DNA of 64,000 nucleotides. Origin: an uncultured virus (IMG/VR IMGVR_UViG_3300036770_001202) (taxonomy: Duplodnaviria; Heunggongvirae; Uroviricota; Caudoviricetes). The stretch lies in the IMG/VR virus record IMGVR_UViG_3300036770_001202. One strand, written 5' to 3'. The notes under the pieces are model-generated. The model ran no database searches, was not told the origin of the DNA, and saw nothing but the letters and a program-made list of their open reading frames with translations. Below are positions 44,165 through 54,872 of this stretch, one piece after another (the stretch's first letter is position 1; each line of letters opens with the position of its first letter). The position numbers and the translations under genes are program-made.

Positions 44165-47100
44165 ACGCAGCAACAAATGACATACCAGTATTCATTCCAG
44201 AACGACCGTAAATATCGCCACCTGAAGTTGTATTCAGATATGTTGTGTTAATCGTAGAGCCTTCATTTGTTGTTCTAGAATTATCTGTAACAACATTAAC
44301 ATTCTGATTACCAGTTCCTGAGGTGCCTGCGCCAGCAGCACCGCTTGTTGTTGGGGTAATTCTGACTGAAGTTCCTGATGTTGTAGTTGGTGTTAGTGAA
44401 CCCGCATCAGTTTCAGTTGTCTGTGTTGATACTGTAACTCCTGACGTTCCTGTTCCTACTGTTGTTCTTCCTGATTGAGTACCTAAAACATATGACTGCA
44501 CCGCTTGTCTAGTTGCGCTTCCCATTCTTCCTTGTGCGGATGGGTCAAGAGCATACTTTCCATATTTCAGATTACCAATTAATCCACCTGCAAGTTGACT
44601 CGCACTCTTACTTGCAACAAGAGCATAGCCTTCATCAATTTTCTTCAGATATTCGGGGTCTTGAGATTGTGCTTTATAAACTTCACGAATCTTACGCATA
44701 ATTTCAAGCATATAGAACTGAGAAGATTTTTTCTCTTCCATAGTTACTTCATACACCCAACCATCTGTAATGGTGCCTCCACTATAGTTGCTTGGTAATG
44801 CCATTTTTAGATTGGCGTTACGAATAGAAATATAAATCGCATTGAACGGAGGATTTATCTTACTTACTTGATAAATTGACATTGCAGTATTGAATGCGGT
44901 ATTCAAGAATGCATCAATCAGTTGTTTCTGACCATCACTCGGATTATTTTCTTCACGAACGGTCGCTTTCTTAGCAATGTCTCTATCAGCAAGAACAAGA
45001 ACTTTGTCAATAATTTTTGGTGGTGGCGCTTTCTTTTTCTTACCAAACACGCTACCAATAACAGAGCCGATGAATCCGCCAATAGGACCACCAATTGCGG
45101 TACCAATGTATGTGAGTGCTGCTGTTGTTGCTGCACCCTTAATATCTCCTTGGAACAATTGCATAATTGCTGCTGTGTAAGGTAGTGCTTGGTTTACTGC
45201 ATAACCAAACTGACCTGCTGTTCCAAATGCAGAACCGGCAGCACCAAAAGAATTAGCAGACATACCTGAGAAGAAATTGGCGCCTGTTGCAAATCCAGAC
45301 CCACCTAAAACACTTGCTGCGTATTGAGAGAATGTTGCGCCTGCTGCTGGTCCACCAAAGAATCCAAATGAACGACCTACTGCTGTGCCTAGTCCTGCAA
45401 ATCCGCCTGCTGCTGAGAATGCACTAGGCAGCATTGCAAGAGAACCTAAGAATCCTGCGCCTGCTGCACCGGCTACTCCAGCACTTCCTGCTGCTCCGCC
45501 GGCTGCTGCACCTCCTCCAGTTCCTAAAATGGTAGGAAGAACGTATTTCTGCGCTGCTGCTTGAATACCAAAGTTTGCTGCTGCTCTTAAATATGGGTTC
45601 TTAATTTTAGAAGTGATTTTATTCGCAACAAAAGAGACTGCCATGTTTCCTAAGAAACTCGCAAAATCTCCCCCAAAACTTCCTCCCATAGAGCCTCCGC
45701 CAGTTGCGCGAGGCTGAGAATTGATTGCAGTTACAATTGCACTAGTTTGTGCATCCATACCTGCTAAGTTATTTTGGTCTGCTTGTGAAGTGACAGAAAC
45801 GTTTTGCTGAGTGCTTGCATTCATAGCATTCAGCGACATGCGTTGACCTTGGGCAGTCAATTCATAACTTTGTCTGGTTATGTATGATGTATCTGAAATA
45901 TCCGATGCAACTTCTGAACCAACAAGACCATATCGGTTGCCTTGGTTCATCGACAAGTCTGCCGTGCTTTGCGCTATTTGATATCGATTTGCGTTTGGAT
46001 TAAAGTCAGGCGTTCTCATTCCCTGTCCTCTACCCATACCCATGAGTTCACCCATACCTCTTGTGGTGAATCCCATAAAGCCTTGTTCAAGTGTATGCTT
46101 TAACTTATCTTCTTCGCTTGCAAAGTCTCCAGCGTTTGTTACGGAAACAAGTAGAACACCATTTAATGTTCTTGCGCCAGTTGACAGTAAGTTATCTTGT
46201 TTACCTACAAGAGTTGTTGTTGGCTGTTGAGGTAATCTCATACCTCCATAGCCAACTCTCTCCATGTCAGGCATTGCTACACCACCAGTAAATCCTTCTC
46301 CTGGTGTATACAGTCTTCCTGTAGTTGGGTCTCTTACTTGCTGTGCTCGAGTTCTATCTTCCCAACCAAATAGACCTTGAATTGCATTTGTAGATTTTGC
46401 TGCAAAGACTTCAGCCATGTAGCCGATGCCTTCTGCTGCTGATCTAAATCCATATGACTGTGCAATTGTTTCTGGTCCAGACGCAATGCCTGTTAAACCA
46501 AACAACAATTGTTCCATAGCAATTTGCTTATTACCTTTAGCAAAGTTGCCGATAATTTGACCAGTGAGTGCTTTAGCGCCTTGTGCGCCTACTGTGCCTG
46601 AGAACAGTCCTTGACCAATACCAATTGCAAGACTATTCAGATATGCTTTACCTAACTGCGAAACCGCAGGTGCAAGCATACGACTATATTCTTTACCAAT
46701 TACTTTTTCGAGTGCGGATGCAGTTTTTTTATCTAAGTCAAGTGCTTTACCCAATTGCATACCAGCATAGCCAGTGCGCGATGCTTCTTGTGCGGTGACT
46801 GGTCTTCCGCCAGGCGCATATCCTACAGATTTTAAGAAATTATTTCCAAAGTCTTTGAATGCTTTCGTGAGTGTTCTATCAAATGCATTCAAGAAACCTT
46901 GTTGGGCTTTCTTCAGATATTCGTCTGCTTCTTCCTCAGGCGTTAATACTCTACGGGTACTTCTAAGTCTTCTCGCATAAAGTCTAGCGGCTTGTTGAGT
47001 ATTTTGTCCAAGACCTCTTGTTTCTTTTTCTACTTTACCTTGAGATTTTTTAATGTCTTCAAGTGTTTCTGTTGCTTTTGCGTCATGAACTGGTACTGGC

Positions 47101-49076
47101 TCTTCAGGACCTCTTACTGCGGTTCCACTTGGTGTGGTTGCTGCGACTGGTACGACACCAGCCTCAATAAGTCTATGTCTTCTATATGCATCAGCCCTAG
47201 GATTTCCTGTAGAAGGAATTACCATGCCAGGTCTATATCCTCTTTCTACTGAAGGAATTCTTCTTCCTGTAACTGTGATTGTGGGTAAAGATTCAACGGG
47301 TCCAGTTGGAGGAGAAACTGTTTCTGTTGGAGCCCCTGGAGGGCGAGCATTTGAACCTAGAGCATAACCTCTTGATGCATAAGAGGTTGATGATTGGGGT
47401 CCTCTTGCTGCTGAAACTGCTTCTGTTGTTGAGCCTGCCGGTTTTTCGGCTCCTACAGGCTGTGTTGTTGGATAATAGTATGCCATTGCACGACTATCAC
47501 CTTCAATACTGATCATTGCACGTTGAAGTGCTGGAATTTGATCCGGAGTAATTCGATCATCCGGTTTAATTCCAGTCATTCTACTTACATCACTAATATA
47601 CTTATCAGTATTATTTTCACTCTTAGGTGCATACTTTGAAATGAACTGTCTGAGTGTCATTCCTCTTCTTTGCGTATCCAAAACAATTTGTTTACGCATT
47701 GCAGCCATGCCTGCTTCAGGTGTAGCAAATCTAGCAAACCCACCTTCACCTTCAGTTGCACCTTCTAACACACCACCAGGTCTGGTTAGATTTGCACTAT
47801 ATCTTAAATTTCCTGGATTATTATTTCTTACAGAAAGAGGCTGATTCCTACGTGGAGCGTTAGGAATATTCATTCCCGGATTATTTCCTGTGGCAGGAGT
47901 CTCCGGTCTGCTTCCTGGCTGTTGTCTTACTCCAGGAGTTCTGCTTCCTCTAGGAGCCGTTGTTGATCCTGGTCTTGCGCGACCTGCATTTGGTGCTAAA
48001 GTATAACCTTCTGACGCATAAGGAGTTGGTCTTTGTTCTAATCTTGGTCTTTGCGCTGTTCTATTTCTATTTTTGTATAACGTTGCAGCATAAAGCGCAC
48101 CAATAGGACCAAAAGCATTAAATCCTTGACCGCCACCCGGACCACCACCCATACCTCCGCTCTGCTGATCTTCCATCATGTAACTTACAACATCATAAAT
48201 GTCATAAGCAAGAAGACCCCAACCTAGATAAGGTATTGCGCGTTTTCCTAGCGCGCCAATTCCAATTTTGCTTCCTACTTTGCCTCCAAGACGCGACCAG
48301 AATCCAGGACGTTTGAATGCCGCATCATTTGCAGCACCACCCATACCGCCTCTGCCGCCTCCAGGAAAAGGAATTACATTTGATGGTGGTCTTGCTGCGC
48401 CTCTTGCACCAAATAAACCTCTTAGTCCTCTCGCACCAAGAATAGCACTACCTGCTGCGCCAGCAAGTCCTGCAAGTTTTCCTCCGCGCCCACCTCTACC
48501 TCCGCGCCCACCTAATGCTTTTCCTGCTAATGCGCCGAGTGCTGCGGTACCAAGCCAATCTAAGATAGAGTCAAAGAATCCTCCTTCGCTACCACCACCA
48601 GAACCTCCGCCAGGAGAACCTGCGCCTGCGCCTTGTCCTGTTGTTAGTTTTTCTAATGCTTTTAGAAGACGTTCTTGATAGTTTCTAGATTCTCTCTCAG
48701 ACTCTTCTGCAAATTGCATCTGACGTTTCTGATCTTGAACCTGATACCCTAATAGACTACTCTGAGCCCTGATGCTTTGGTTCATCTGTCTCAGTTGTCT
48801 AGCCATGTCAAGGCTAATTACATTGTTTCGTGCTTGTTGATCTACAAGTTTTTCTGTTGCATTTGCTTGACGTTCTTCTGCTGCGGCAGTTTTACTGTCT
48901 TGAATTTTAGCCGCTCTGCCGCGCACATCTTTAGCAAATGCCATGGCACCGGTGAGCGCAGGCATCTCTCTCATGGCAGCATATTTTGCTCCTTGAGCGA
49001 GTCCTTTTAGCCCACCGACTGCTGCATCGGAAGCCATTTGACCAAGTGCTTGAGCGTAACTTCCTAATTGAGCCAT
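44163..49076 (-). CDS. Tape-measure/baseplate hub (gp29-like) protein with lysozyme-like domain
   Basis: 1637 aa, Gly/Ala-rich, RNNNPGNLR...FATPEAG...YAP..EN motif; position after 26/51. Confidence 0.7.
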   Translation of the reverse strand: MAQLGSYAQALGQMASDAAVGGLKGLAQGAKYAAMREMPALTGAMAFAKDVRGRAAKIQDSKTAAAEERQANATEKLVDQQARNNVISLDMARQLRQMNQSIRAQSSLLGYQVQDQKRQMQFAEESERESRNYQERLLKALEKLTTGQGAGAGSPGGGSGGGSEGGFFDSILDWLGTAALGALAGKALGGRGGRGGRGGKLAGLAGAAGSAILGARGLRGLFGARGAARPPSNVIPFPGGGRGGMGGAANDAAFKRPGFWSRLGGKVGSKIGIGALGKRAIPYLGWGLLAYDIYDVVSYMMEDQQSGGMGGGPGGGQGFNAFGPIGALYAATLYKNRNRTAQRPRLEQRPTPYASEGYTLAPNAGRARPGSTTAPRGSRTPGVRQQPGSRPETPATGNNPGMNIPNAPRRNQPLSVRNNNPGNLRYSANLTRPGGVLEGATEGEGGFARFATPEAGMAAMRKQIVLDTQRRGMTLRQFISKYAPKSENNTDKYISDVSRMTGIKPDDRITPDQIPALQRAMISIEGDSRAMAYYYPTTQPVGAEKPAGSTTEAVSAARGPQSSTSYASRGYALGSNARPPGAPTETVSPPTGPVESLPTITVTGRRIPSVERGYRPGMVIPSTGNPRADAYRRHRLIEAGVVPVAATTPSGTAVRGPEEPVPVHDAKATETLEDIKKSQGKVEKETRGLGQNTQQAARLYARRLRSTRRVLTPEEEADEYLKKAQQGFLNAFDRTLTKAFKDFGNNFLKSVGYAPGGRPVTAQEASRTGYAGMQLGKALDLDKKTASALEKVIGKEYSRMLAPAVSQLGKAYLNSLAIGIGQGLFSGTVGAQGAKALTGQIIGNFAKGNKQIAMEQLLFGLTGIASGPETIAQSYGFRSAAEGIGYMAEVFAAKSTNAIQGLFGWEDRTRAQQVRDPTTGRLYTPGEGFTGGVAMPDMERVGYGGMRLPQQPTTTLVGKQDNLLSTGARTLNGVLLVSVTNAGDFASEEDKLKHTLEQGFMGFTTRGMGELMGMGRGQGMRTPDFNPNANRYQIAQSTADLSMNQGNRYGLVGSEVASDISDTSYITRQSYELTAQGQRMSLNAMNASTQQNVSVTSQADQNNLAGMDAQTSAIVTAINSQPRATGGGSMGGSFGGDFASFLGNMAVSFVANKITSKIKNPYLRAAANFGIQAAAQKYVLPTILGTGGGAAAGGAAGSAGVAGAAGAGFLGSLAMLPSAFSAAGGFAGLGTAVGRSFGFFGGPAAGATFSQYAASVLGGSGFATGANFFSGMSANSFGAAGSAFGTAGQFGYAVNQALPYTAAIMQLFQGDIKGAATTAALTYIGTAIGGPIGGFIGSVIGSVFGKKKKAPPPKIIDKVLVLADRDIAKKATVREENNPSDGQKQLIDAFLNTAFNTAMSIYQVSKINPPFNAIYISIRNANLKMALPSNYSGGTITDGWVYEVTMEEKKSSQFYMLEIMRKIREVYKAQSQDPEYLKKIDEGYALVASKSASQLAGGLIGNLKYGKYALDPSAQGRMGSATRQAVQSYVLGTQSGRTTVGTGTSGVTVSTQTTETDAGSLTPTTTSGTSVRITPTTSGAAGAGTSGTGNQNVNVVTDNSRTTNEGSTINTTYLNTTSGGDIYGRSGMNTGMSFVAA

Positions 49077-49101
49077 TACGCATTACCCTTCAGTTTCATT
49101 T

Positions 49102-49308
49102 CTATCTTCTCCTACTTTGTGCGGCTTGCATTTGTTGTTGATCTTGTATTCTTTGATTCTCTTCAGTCACATGTTGAGAAAGTAGCATTAGATAGACTTC
49201 ACGTTCAAATGGAATCATATTTTCTATGTCAGACAAACTATATTTATGATGTTGTACCAAAGCAAAGTTTGTCTGATAGAAGTTCTTTAGACTCTCCTGT
49301 CCGATCAG
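49102..49308 (-). CDS. 51: gp51-like baseplate hub assembly protein (no canonical start)
   Basis: ESLKNFYQTNFALVQHHKYSLSDIENMIPFEREVY; missing from the ORF track. Confidence 0.8.
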   Translation of the reverse strand: MIGQESLKNFYQTNFALVQHHKYSLSDIENMIPFEREVYLMLLSQHVTEENQRIQDQQQMQAAQSRRR

Positions 49309-50048
49309 AATACGAAAAAACTTGTCAAACCCTCCAATGTAATTTCGTCTTCACATCCACAACCTTTGCATTTCCACTTTACAGTATGCTTCAGTTTTGG
49401 CATAGTATCAAAGAATTTACCGCACTTAGCAAATTGATCTTGTGTCATTGAATCAATAAAATCATTCAATTCTTGCTTAGTGTAATCTTCTTTTTTGTAT
49501 ACGTTTTCGTTGTCAAAGATGTATTCAATAGAACTCATCATTGCCTCAGCGGCAATTTCAAGTTGAGACTTGTCTTCAACATTATCCATCATATCTAAGT
49601 CAGGTGTTGGATACTTAAACTTAATACCAAGTCCGGACTTTTCATCTAGAATAAACTTGTCTTCATGCTCTACAGATTTAATTACTTCAACATCCATCAG
49701 ATTAACTTTGTGTATAGTTACTGCATCACAAATTTCTTCTTTGCTGTTTAATCCTGTTGCATGACGAAGATTTAATTCAACTTCTTCACCAATTGATTTT
49801 GCGCGAAGTTTAAGGAAGATGTATTCCAAATCAAATGTTGGAAGTTTTTCTACATCAACTTCTTCACTCAAAACGCAGTTTGAAACGATCTGACGCATTG
49901 CAGTCACCGTTTCTTTAAAGTTTTGTCCTTCAAGTGCAAGTAAAAGAATTTTCTGTTCTTTAACTAGAAAGGGTCTGTATTTTACTGGTTGACCCGTAGA
50001 CGGTAACATCAACTCAAATAAAGGTACATCAATTTTAGGTAGTGCCAT
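49305..50048 (-). CDS. 26: Baseplate hub protein gp26
   Basis: MALPKI..P...LPS, YRPFLVKE.KILL, FDLEYIFL.LRAKS.GE, C..CG, GL.SFF. Confidence 0.9.
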   Translation of the reverse strand: MALPKIDVPLFELMLPSTGQPVKYRPFLVKEQKILLLALEGQNFKETVTAMRQIVSNCVLSEEVDVEKLPTFDLEYIFLKLRAKSIGEEVELNLRHATGLNSKEEICDAVTIHKVNLMDVEVIKSVEHEDKFILDEKSGLGIKFKYPTPDLDMMDNVEDKSQLEIAAEAMMSSIEYIFDNENVYKKEDYTKQELNDFIDSMTQDQFAKCGKFFDTMPKLKHTVKWKCKGCGCEDEITLEGLTSFFVF

Positions 50049-50076
50049 AGTTTTTCTCCATTGTTAAAAATCAAAA

Positions 50077-50679
50077 TCAGCCATCGCTATTTTGTGTATA
50101 GTATTCAGTATTTCCAAATGTATAGTATCTATAATTAAGAGTCACACCAAATCTTTGATAAGTGTTTGTTTCTTCCCATGTTGCATTCATAGGGGTAATT
50201 GCTACAGGAAATACATTCCAAAGAGTATAATAAAATATTGTATTTCCTTTTGGATCTAATTGTCGAATAGTAAGAGTAACATCTCTTGCATAGTCAGTAT
50301 GATATCTGACTAGTCCTGCATAACCTAATCGTCTTGTTTGAGGTGTTGAAACAATGTAATCTAGCCACAATTCAAAAAATGAACGTTCGATCATATCTTC
50401 AGCACATATGACTGAAATATTCATATCGTTGTAGGTTACATCATAGGGCAACTTTAAAGTAGGACCGCCTGCACCAACATCATCAACTGTGGCTAAACTT
50501 CTTCCTGGAAATTCAGCAGTCTCACACCTAAATGAGAATGAATCTTTTATCTGACTTATTGTTTGATAATTATTCAGAGGAAGATTATCCGTACCATCTA
50601 ATGTTGCAATAAAAAGATTGGGTCTGACCAACTTCTGTATTGACGATTTAAATTCTGATAGCGTTCCGATGTTAGACAT
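50077..50679 (-). CDS. Baseplate-tail tube initiator (gp54/gp19-like)
   Basis: RPNLF, CE..E.PG, R.FFE.W, FP, F.V...YRY. Confidence 0.75.
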   Translation of the reverse strand: MSNIGTLSEFKSSIQKLVRPNLFIATLDGTDNLPLNNYQTISQIKDSFSFRCETAEFPGRSLATVDDVGAGGPTLKLPYDVTYNDMNISVICAEDMIERSFFELWLDYIVSTPQTRRLGYAGLVRYHTDYARDVTLTIRQLDPKGNTIFYYTLWNVFPVAITPMNATWEETNTYQRFGVTLNYRYYTFGNTEYYTQNSDG

Positions 50680-51279
50680 TTATCGACCTATTTTCTTTCG
50701 TGAGTCTTCCCAGATTCGTCCTGTATCGGACTTTCTGAATGATTCTGTGGGTAGAAATAATGCAATATCCCATTCAGTTGCAGGTATTTCTAAAAACTGA
50801 GAACGAACGTGATTTCTCAAATACTTTTTAATTGTTGGCTTAAAGAATCGATACTTTGAAGCACTTTGTAAAATTGAATAAGACACTTTCATTCTTGTTG
50901 TTGCGTCATACTTTTTATTCGTGACATTTGGATATAATGCATCCATCAACTTTGCACGAAGAATTGGAGGTAAATAATGGAAGTTGATACCTAAGAATCC
51001 ATCTTGTTCAAATCGAACCGGAAAGATCAGAGGAAACGTATCATAGTATGGCAATTCTTTCTTCATTTTAGGATCATAACGAAACGCATACATGAGTCCG
51101 TATTCCATATCTGACGTTTTTCTTGTTGCATCAGCGGGTCCTAGAATACGACTTGAAGTAATATTGCCACTTACTCTACCTGCTTGATTCCTGTACCAAT
51201 CCCTCGCAGCCTTTGTTCTTGCAGGCACGATTCCTTGGCGAACGCCTTGTTGTAGAATGTTATCGAATATTGTTGTCAT
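50680..51279 (-). CDS. 2: DNA end protector gp2
   Basis: YDPK.K..LPYYD.FPL, GINFHYLP, K.YL..HV.S. Confidence 0.9.
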   Translation of the reverse strand: MTTIFDNILQQGVRQGIVPARTKAARDWYRNQAGRVSGNITSSRILGPADATRKTSDMEYGLMYAFRYDPKMKKELPYYDTFPLIFPVRFEQDGFLGINFHYLPPILRAKLMDALYPNVTNKKYDATTRMKVSYSILQSASKYRFFKPTIKKYLRNHVRSQFLEIPATEWDIALFLPTESFRKSDTGRIWEDSRKKIGR

Positions 51280-51287
51280 GCTTCTAT

Positions 51288-51731
51288 TTATCTCAAATCT
51301 TTGTCTGTAATGATCTTAAATTCCCATAATCTGTCTTCGCAGAACTCTGTTGCTGCTTTCCACTTTGCTTGATTGACACCCCATGTTGCGACTTCATTTA
51401 AAAACCGTCTTGTAGGTCTACCGGTTGGTGTATCTTTACGTTTTGGGGGTTGTGTTTGAACATGCGGCTTGATTTCGATTAGCGCGGACTTAATTTCGCC
51501 CTTTTTGTCTTTATACTTGATATAAAAATCCACAAAATATCGATGCCATCGATTGTCGATGGGAGACTTATACGGTATAACAACCTCTTCAGAAGACCAT
51601 TCAAGAATATTTGGATTCAAATCGCAATATACCATGAATTTTCTTTCAAGTAGACTGCGATAGATGACATTTGTTGAGTCACCTTTATATTTTTGATAGT
51701 TTTTTGGCTTGAATCGACCTTTGTATGACAT
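51288..51731 (-). CDS. 4: Head completion protein gp4
   Basis: KYKGD...YRS, WSSEE, HRYF.DF, EIKP, N.AKW.AA. Confidence 0.92.
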   Translation of the reverse strand: MSYKGRFKPKNYQKYKGDSTNVIYRSLLERKFMVYCDLNPNILEWSSEEVVIPYKSPIDNRWHRYFVDFYIKYKDKKGEIKSALIEIKPHVQTQPPKRKDTPTGRPTRRFLNEVATWGVNQAKWKAATEFCEDRLWEFKIITDKDLR

Positions 51732-51772
51732 AAATAGATGAGATCAAACTTTCGTTTCACAAGGGAACATTA

Positions 51773-52843
51773 ATGGCATTCGTCTTATACACAGAAAAAC
51801 CTAGCGCCGGATACTATCCAACAACGGATAATCTATATTTCGGCGTTGGGGAAAATGGTAGCATTGATTCTGCACACGCACCATATGCGATACCAGTTGC
51901 ACGATTTGAATTTTATAACAATAGGGGCGAACCAGAACCATCTGCACCTGTTATTTATGTTCGATTTACAACAGGATTCGACTCTAACCTATCTCAAGGT
52001 TGGCAATCCGTTCAAGCATTCGGTGCATCTTATGCTGGATTGACTGGTGTAGACAATCCAGCAAAATCATTCTTAGATCAGTTTGGTCTTGGCATGAACC
52101 TGCTTGAAGCAGTAGGAAAAAGTGCATATGAAAGTTTAACACGACAAATTTTAAACGCAATGGTTGGCGTTACAGGATTTGCTGCTGGTATGGGTGCAGG
52201 TGGTAAAACCCAAGCAGAATTCTTAATGCGTAGAATGGTCAATAACTTTCAACAACTTGCTTATGCAGGTCCTGTGTTTAGAAGATTTCAACCTTCGTTT
52301 ACAATGCGACCAACATCACCTGATGAGGCTGAAGCGATGAATCAAATCATTGCATCTTTCAGAGTAGCATCATCACCAAAAACAGATATTAATACCGATG
52401 CATTGTCTTCATTAGGAAATACTGAAGTAGAAAATATTGCAAGTGCTGCATCGACTGAACAAAATAAAGATCAAACTGCCGAACAAGCACAGCAAGTTGC
52501 TCTGGCGCAGGAAGTAGACTCCGCAACTGCTGCATTAATTGGTTTAGGAACTGATGAAAAAGATTATGGTACTCCATTGACGTTCATCTATCCTGACATG
52601 GTTAAATACTCAATCTATCTTCTTGTAGGTGGTCAAACAAATCTTTTATTCGACTCTGAACTGTGCATGATTGAGAACGTATCAATTAACTACGGTTCTC
52701 AAAGTAAACTTGCATTCTTTGAAGCCGATCAAAACAAATACTATCCAACTGAAGTTACTCTTACTTTGTCTCTACAAGAGAGCGTTCTTGTAACAGCAGA
52801 GAGAGCAGCGGAAGATTACTATCAAGATTTGGTAATATACTAA
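51773..52843 (+). CDS. Baseplate tail-tube cap (gp48-like)
   Basis: F.F.MRP.S..EA...II..FR, YP, C.I..V..NY, L.L.E; synteny. Confidence 0.7.
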   Translation: MAFVLYTEKPSAGYYPTTDNLYFGVGENGSIDSAHAPYAIPVARFEFYNNRGEPEPSAPVIYVRFTTGFDSNLSQGWQSVQAFGASYAGLTGVDNPAKSFLDQFGLGMNLLEAVGKSAYESLTRQILNAMVGVTGFAAGMGAGGKTQAEFLMRRMVNNFQQLAYAGPVFRRFQPSFTMRPTSPDEAEAMNQIIASFRVASSPKTDINTDALSSLGNTEVENIASAASTEQNKDQTAEQAQQVALAQEVDSATAALIGLGTDEKDYGTPLTFIYPDMVKYSIYLLVGGQTNLLFDSELCMIENVSINYGSQSKLAFFEADQNKYYPTEVTLTLSLQESVLVTAERAAEDYYQDLVIY

Positions 52844-52844
52844 A

Positions 52845-53381
52845 ATGCCTGGATTCTTTTCAAAAGCACAAAAGACAATTTTCAAAGTTGATGATTACGA
52901 CTTTGTTGAAGCGGTTGATTTAACCACCGGTTTTAAGTCAAAAGATTTTCTTCGTGATTTTGCCGGCATCTCTTATCAGCCGTATGTGATTCAAGACGGA
53001 GAAAGACCAGATAACGTTGCAAATAAAGTCTATGATGATCCAACATTAGATTGGGTTGTGTTGTTAGCCAATAACATTCATAGCATCTATGACGAATGGC
53101 CTAAAGATACAGAATCATTCAAGCAATATATCATTCAAAAATTTGGTAGTCTTGAAACTGCTATGGCTACAGTAAAGTATTATTACGATGGAAACGGAAA
53201 CGTAATCAATGCTACTGATTATAGCGCACTTGCAGCAAATACGGGTAAAAGAATTGAAACAGAATATCAGTATGAATTGCGTATTAACACAAACAAATCT
53301 AAAATTAGAGTGTTTACTCCAGGTGTCGCAAGAACAATGGCATCTTCACTAAGAAATCTAAACAGAAAACCCATCGTATAA
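52845..53381 (+). CDS. 53: Baseplate wedge gp53
   Basis: I.DGERPD.VA...Y.D...WVVLL.N, WP, YE...N. Confidence 0.85.
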   Translation: MPGFFSKAQKTIFKVDDYDFVEAVDLTTGFKSKDFLRDFAGISYQPYVIQDGERPDNVANKVYDDPTLDWVVLLANNIHSIYDEWPKDTESFKQYIIQKFGSLETAMATVKYYYDGNGNVINATDYSALAANTGKRIETEYQYELRINTNKSKIRVFTPGVARTMASSLRNLNRKPIV

Positions 53382-53384
53382 GTT

Positions 53385-54866
53385 ATGACGCGCCTAGTAA
53401 TTGCACCTCCGTCAGGAAGTATAAACACACCAACAGGATTTACGTTAGAAAATCCTGAAGTACCCATTTATGATAATCCGTATGGTCAACCAGAACCAAC
53501 ATTTGGTCCTGATGTTGACGTTAGAGAAATAACTCTAATTTTAAACAATGGTGGACTTAAAATCGATCTGCGCGGTTACTTTGAAACTGTTGTGGTAAAT
53601 GAGAGCATGTTCAATATGAAGATTCACGGATTTATCATATTGAATGACAGCGTGGGCGCATTAGAAAAGTTTGAGATTCGCGGCGGTGAAACTCTAGGAA
53701 TGAAAATCTATAAGCCTGAATCCGAAGACATTCTGATTTGGAGAGAAGATTTTATCATCAATAAAGTAAATAAGCATGAAGTTGATGCTATGACAGGCAA
53801 TGCAAAATATCAACTCATGTTTACTTCAAATACTTTCGTTCGTTCAATCAAGAAAACAATTTTTAAATCTTATAAAAACGTGCCGCTGATTGATGCGGTA
53901 AAAAGTTTATACGGAGAAATGTCTTCAAACGATTTAATGTATGAAGACCCTCAAGTAACATTAAACGATGCTTATATTTGCACAGGACTTCATCCTCATA
54001 AAGCAATTGACTTTTTAACTCAAAGAGCATCAGGACCATTAAAGTTTTTTGTTTTCTACGAAAGATTTGTTCCAGTTACGGGACAATATATTAACGGAAG
54101 ACCATTTGCAGGTTCTCATTACTTTGGATCGATTGAAAGTTTGATTGATTCTGCTGGAACAAGTGGAATTAAAACTATTGTGTTTGGTCCAAAAACAAAC
54201 GCAAATCAGGAAGACGGTAATACAATTCGTGCGACTAAATTTGTAAAAGAAGCAAACTTTAATCAACTCGAATCTGCTTTATTGGGTTTGAATAGAACCC
54301 AATTTACCTATCTCAATTTAACAAATAGAACATCGGAAACATCTGCAATATCTTATTCTGATCCAGACTTCTTTACTGAAGTAAGTAAAGATTTATACAG
54401 CACTTCCTTTTTGGATACAAAAAATAGATTCTTTATGGATCAAGATGTAAATCCAACAGAAATAGGAAACAGAAAAGTAACGACATTAAATTCTTTCGGA
54501 AATAAAACCAAAGATGGTTGGCTGCCTTATAATATCTTCGGTATGCTTACTAAAAATTTATTTAAGGTTGGCGTAATTGTTCAGGGTGGAACAAATGCAA
54601 TATCAGTAGGAAATATTGTTCAATTTAATGTAATCAGTTATTTTGAACGAATGATGAATGCATCATCCGGCTCACCTCCGCTTGATGAAATCTATTCAGG
54701 TAGATATTATGTAACTGGCGTAACTCATGCAATTACACAAGAGAAATATCAGAAAACTTTAGAACTAAGTAGAGGATCAAGTAGAAAAGATTTCTTGTCT
54801 GAAAATCTTCTAATAGATAAACTAAAAACAACATATCCAAATTTAGCAAATCTTTTTACCAGGTAA
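53385..54866 (+). CDS. Baseplate hub (gp27-like) protein
   Basis: ES.F...G...L.D, F.FYE, SG.Y.VT.V.H; lies between 53 and 5. Confidence 0.65.
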   Translation: MTRLVIAPPSGSINTPTGFTLENPEVPIYDNPYGQPEPTFGPDVDVREITLILNNGGLKIDLRGYFETVVVNESMFNMKIHGFIILNDSVGALEKFEIRGGETLGMKIYKPESEDILIWREDFIINKVNKHEVDAMTGNAKYQLMFTSNTFVRSIKKTIFKSYKNVPLIDAVKSLYGEMSSNDLMYEDPQVTLNDAYICTGLHPHKAIDFLTQRASGPLKFFVFYERFVPVTGQYINGRPFAGSHYFGSIESLIDSAGTSGIKTIVFGPKTNANQEDGNTIRATKFVKEANFNQLESALLGLNRTQFTYLNLTNRTSETSAISYSDPDFFTEVSKDLYSTSFLDTKNRFFMDQDVNPTEIGNRKVTTLNSFGNKTKDGWLPYNIFGMLTKNLFKVGVIVQGGTNAISVGNIVQFNVISYFERMMNASSGSPPLDEIYSGRYYVTGVTHAITQEKYQKTLELSRGSSRKDFLSENLLIDKLKTTYPNLANLFTR

Positions 54867-54872
54867 TCAAAC

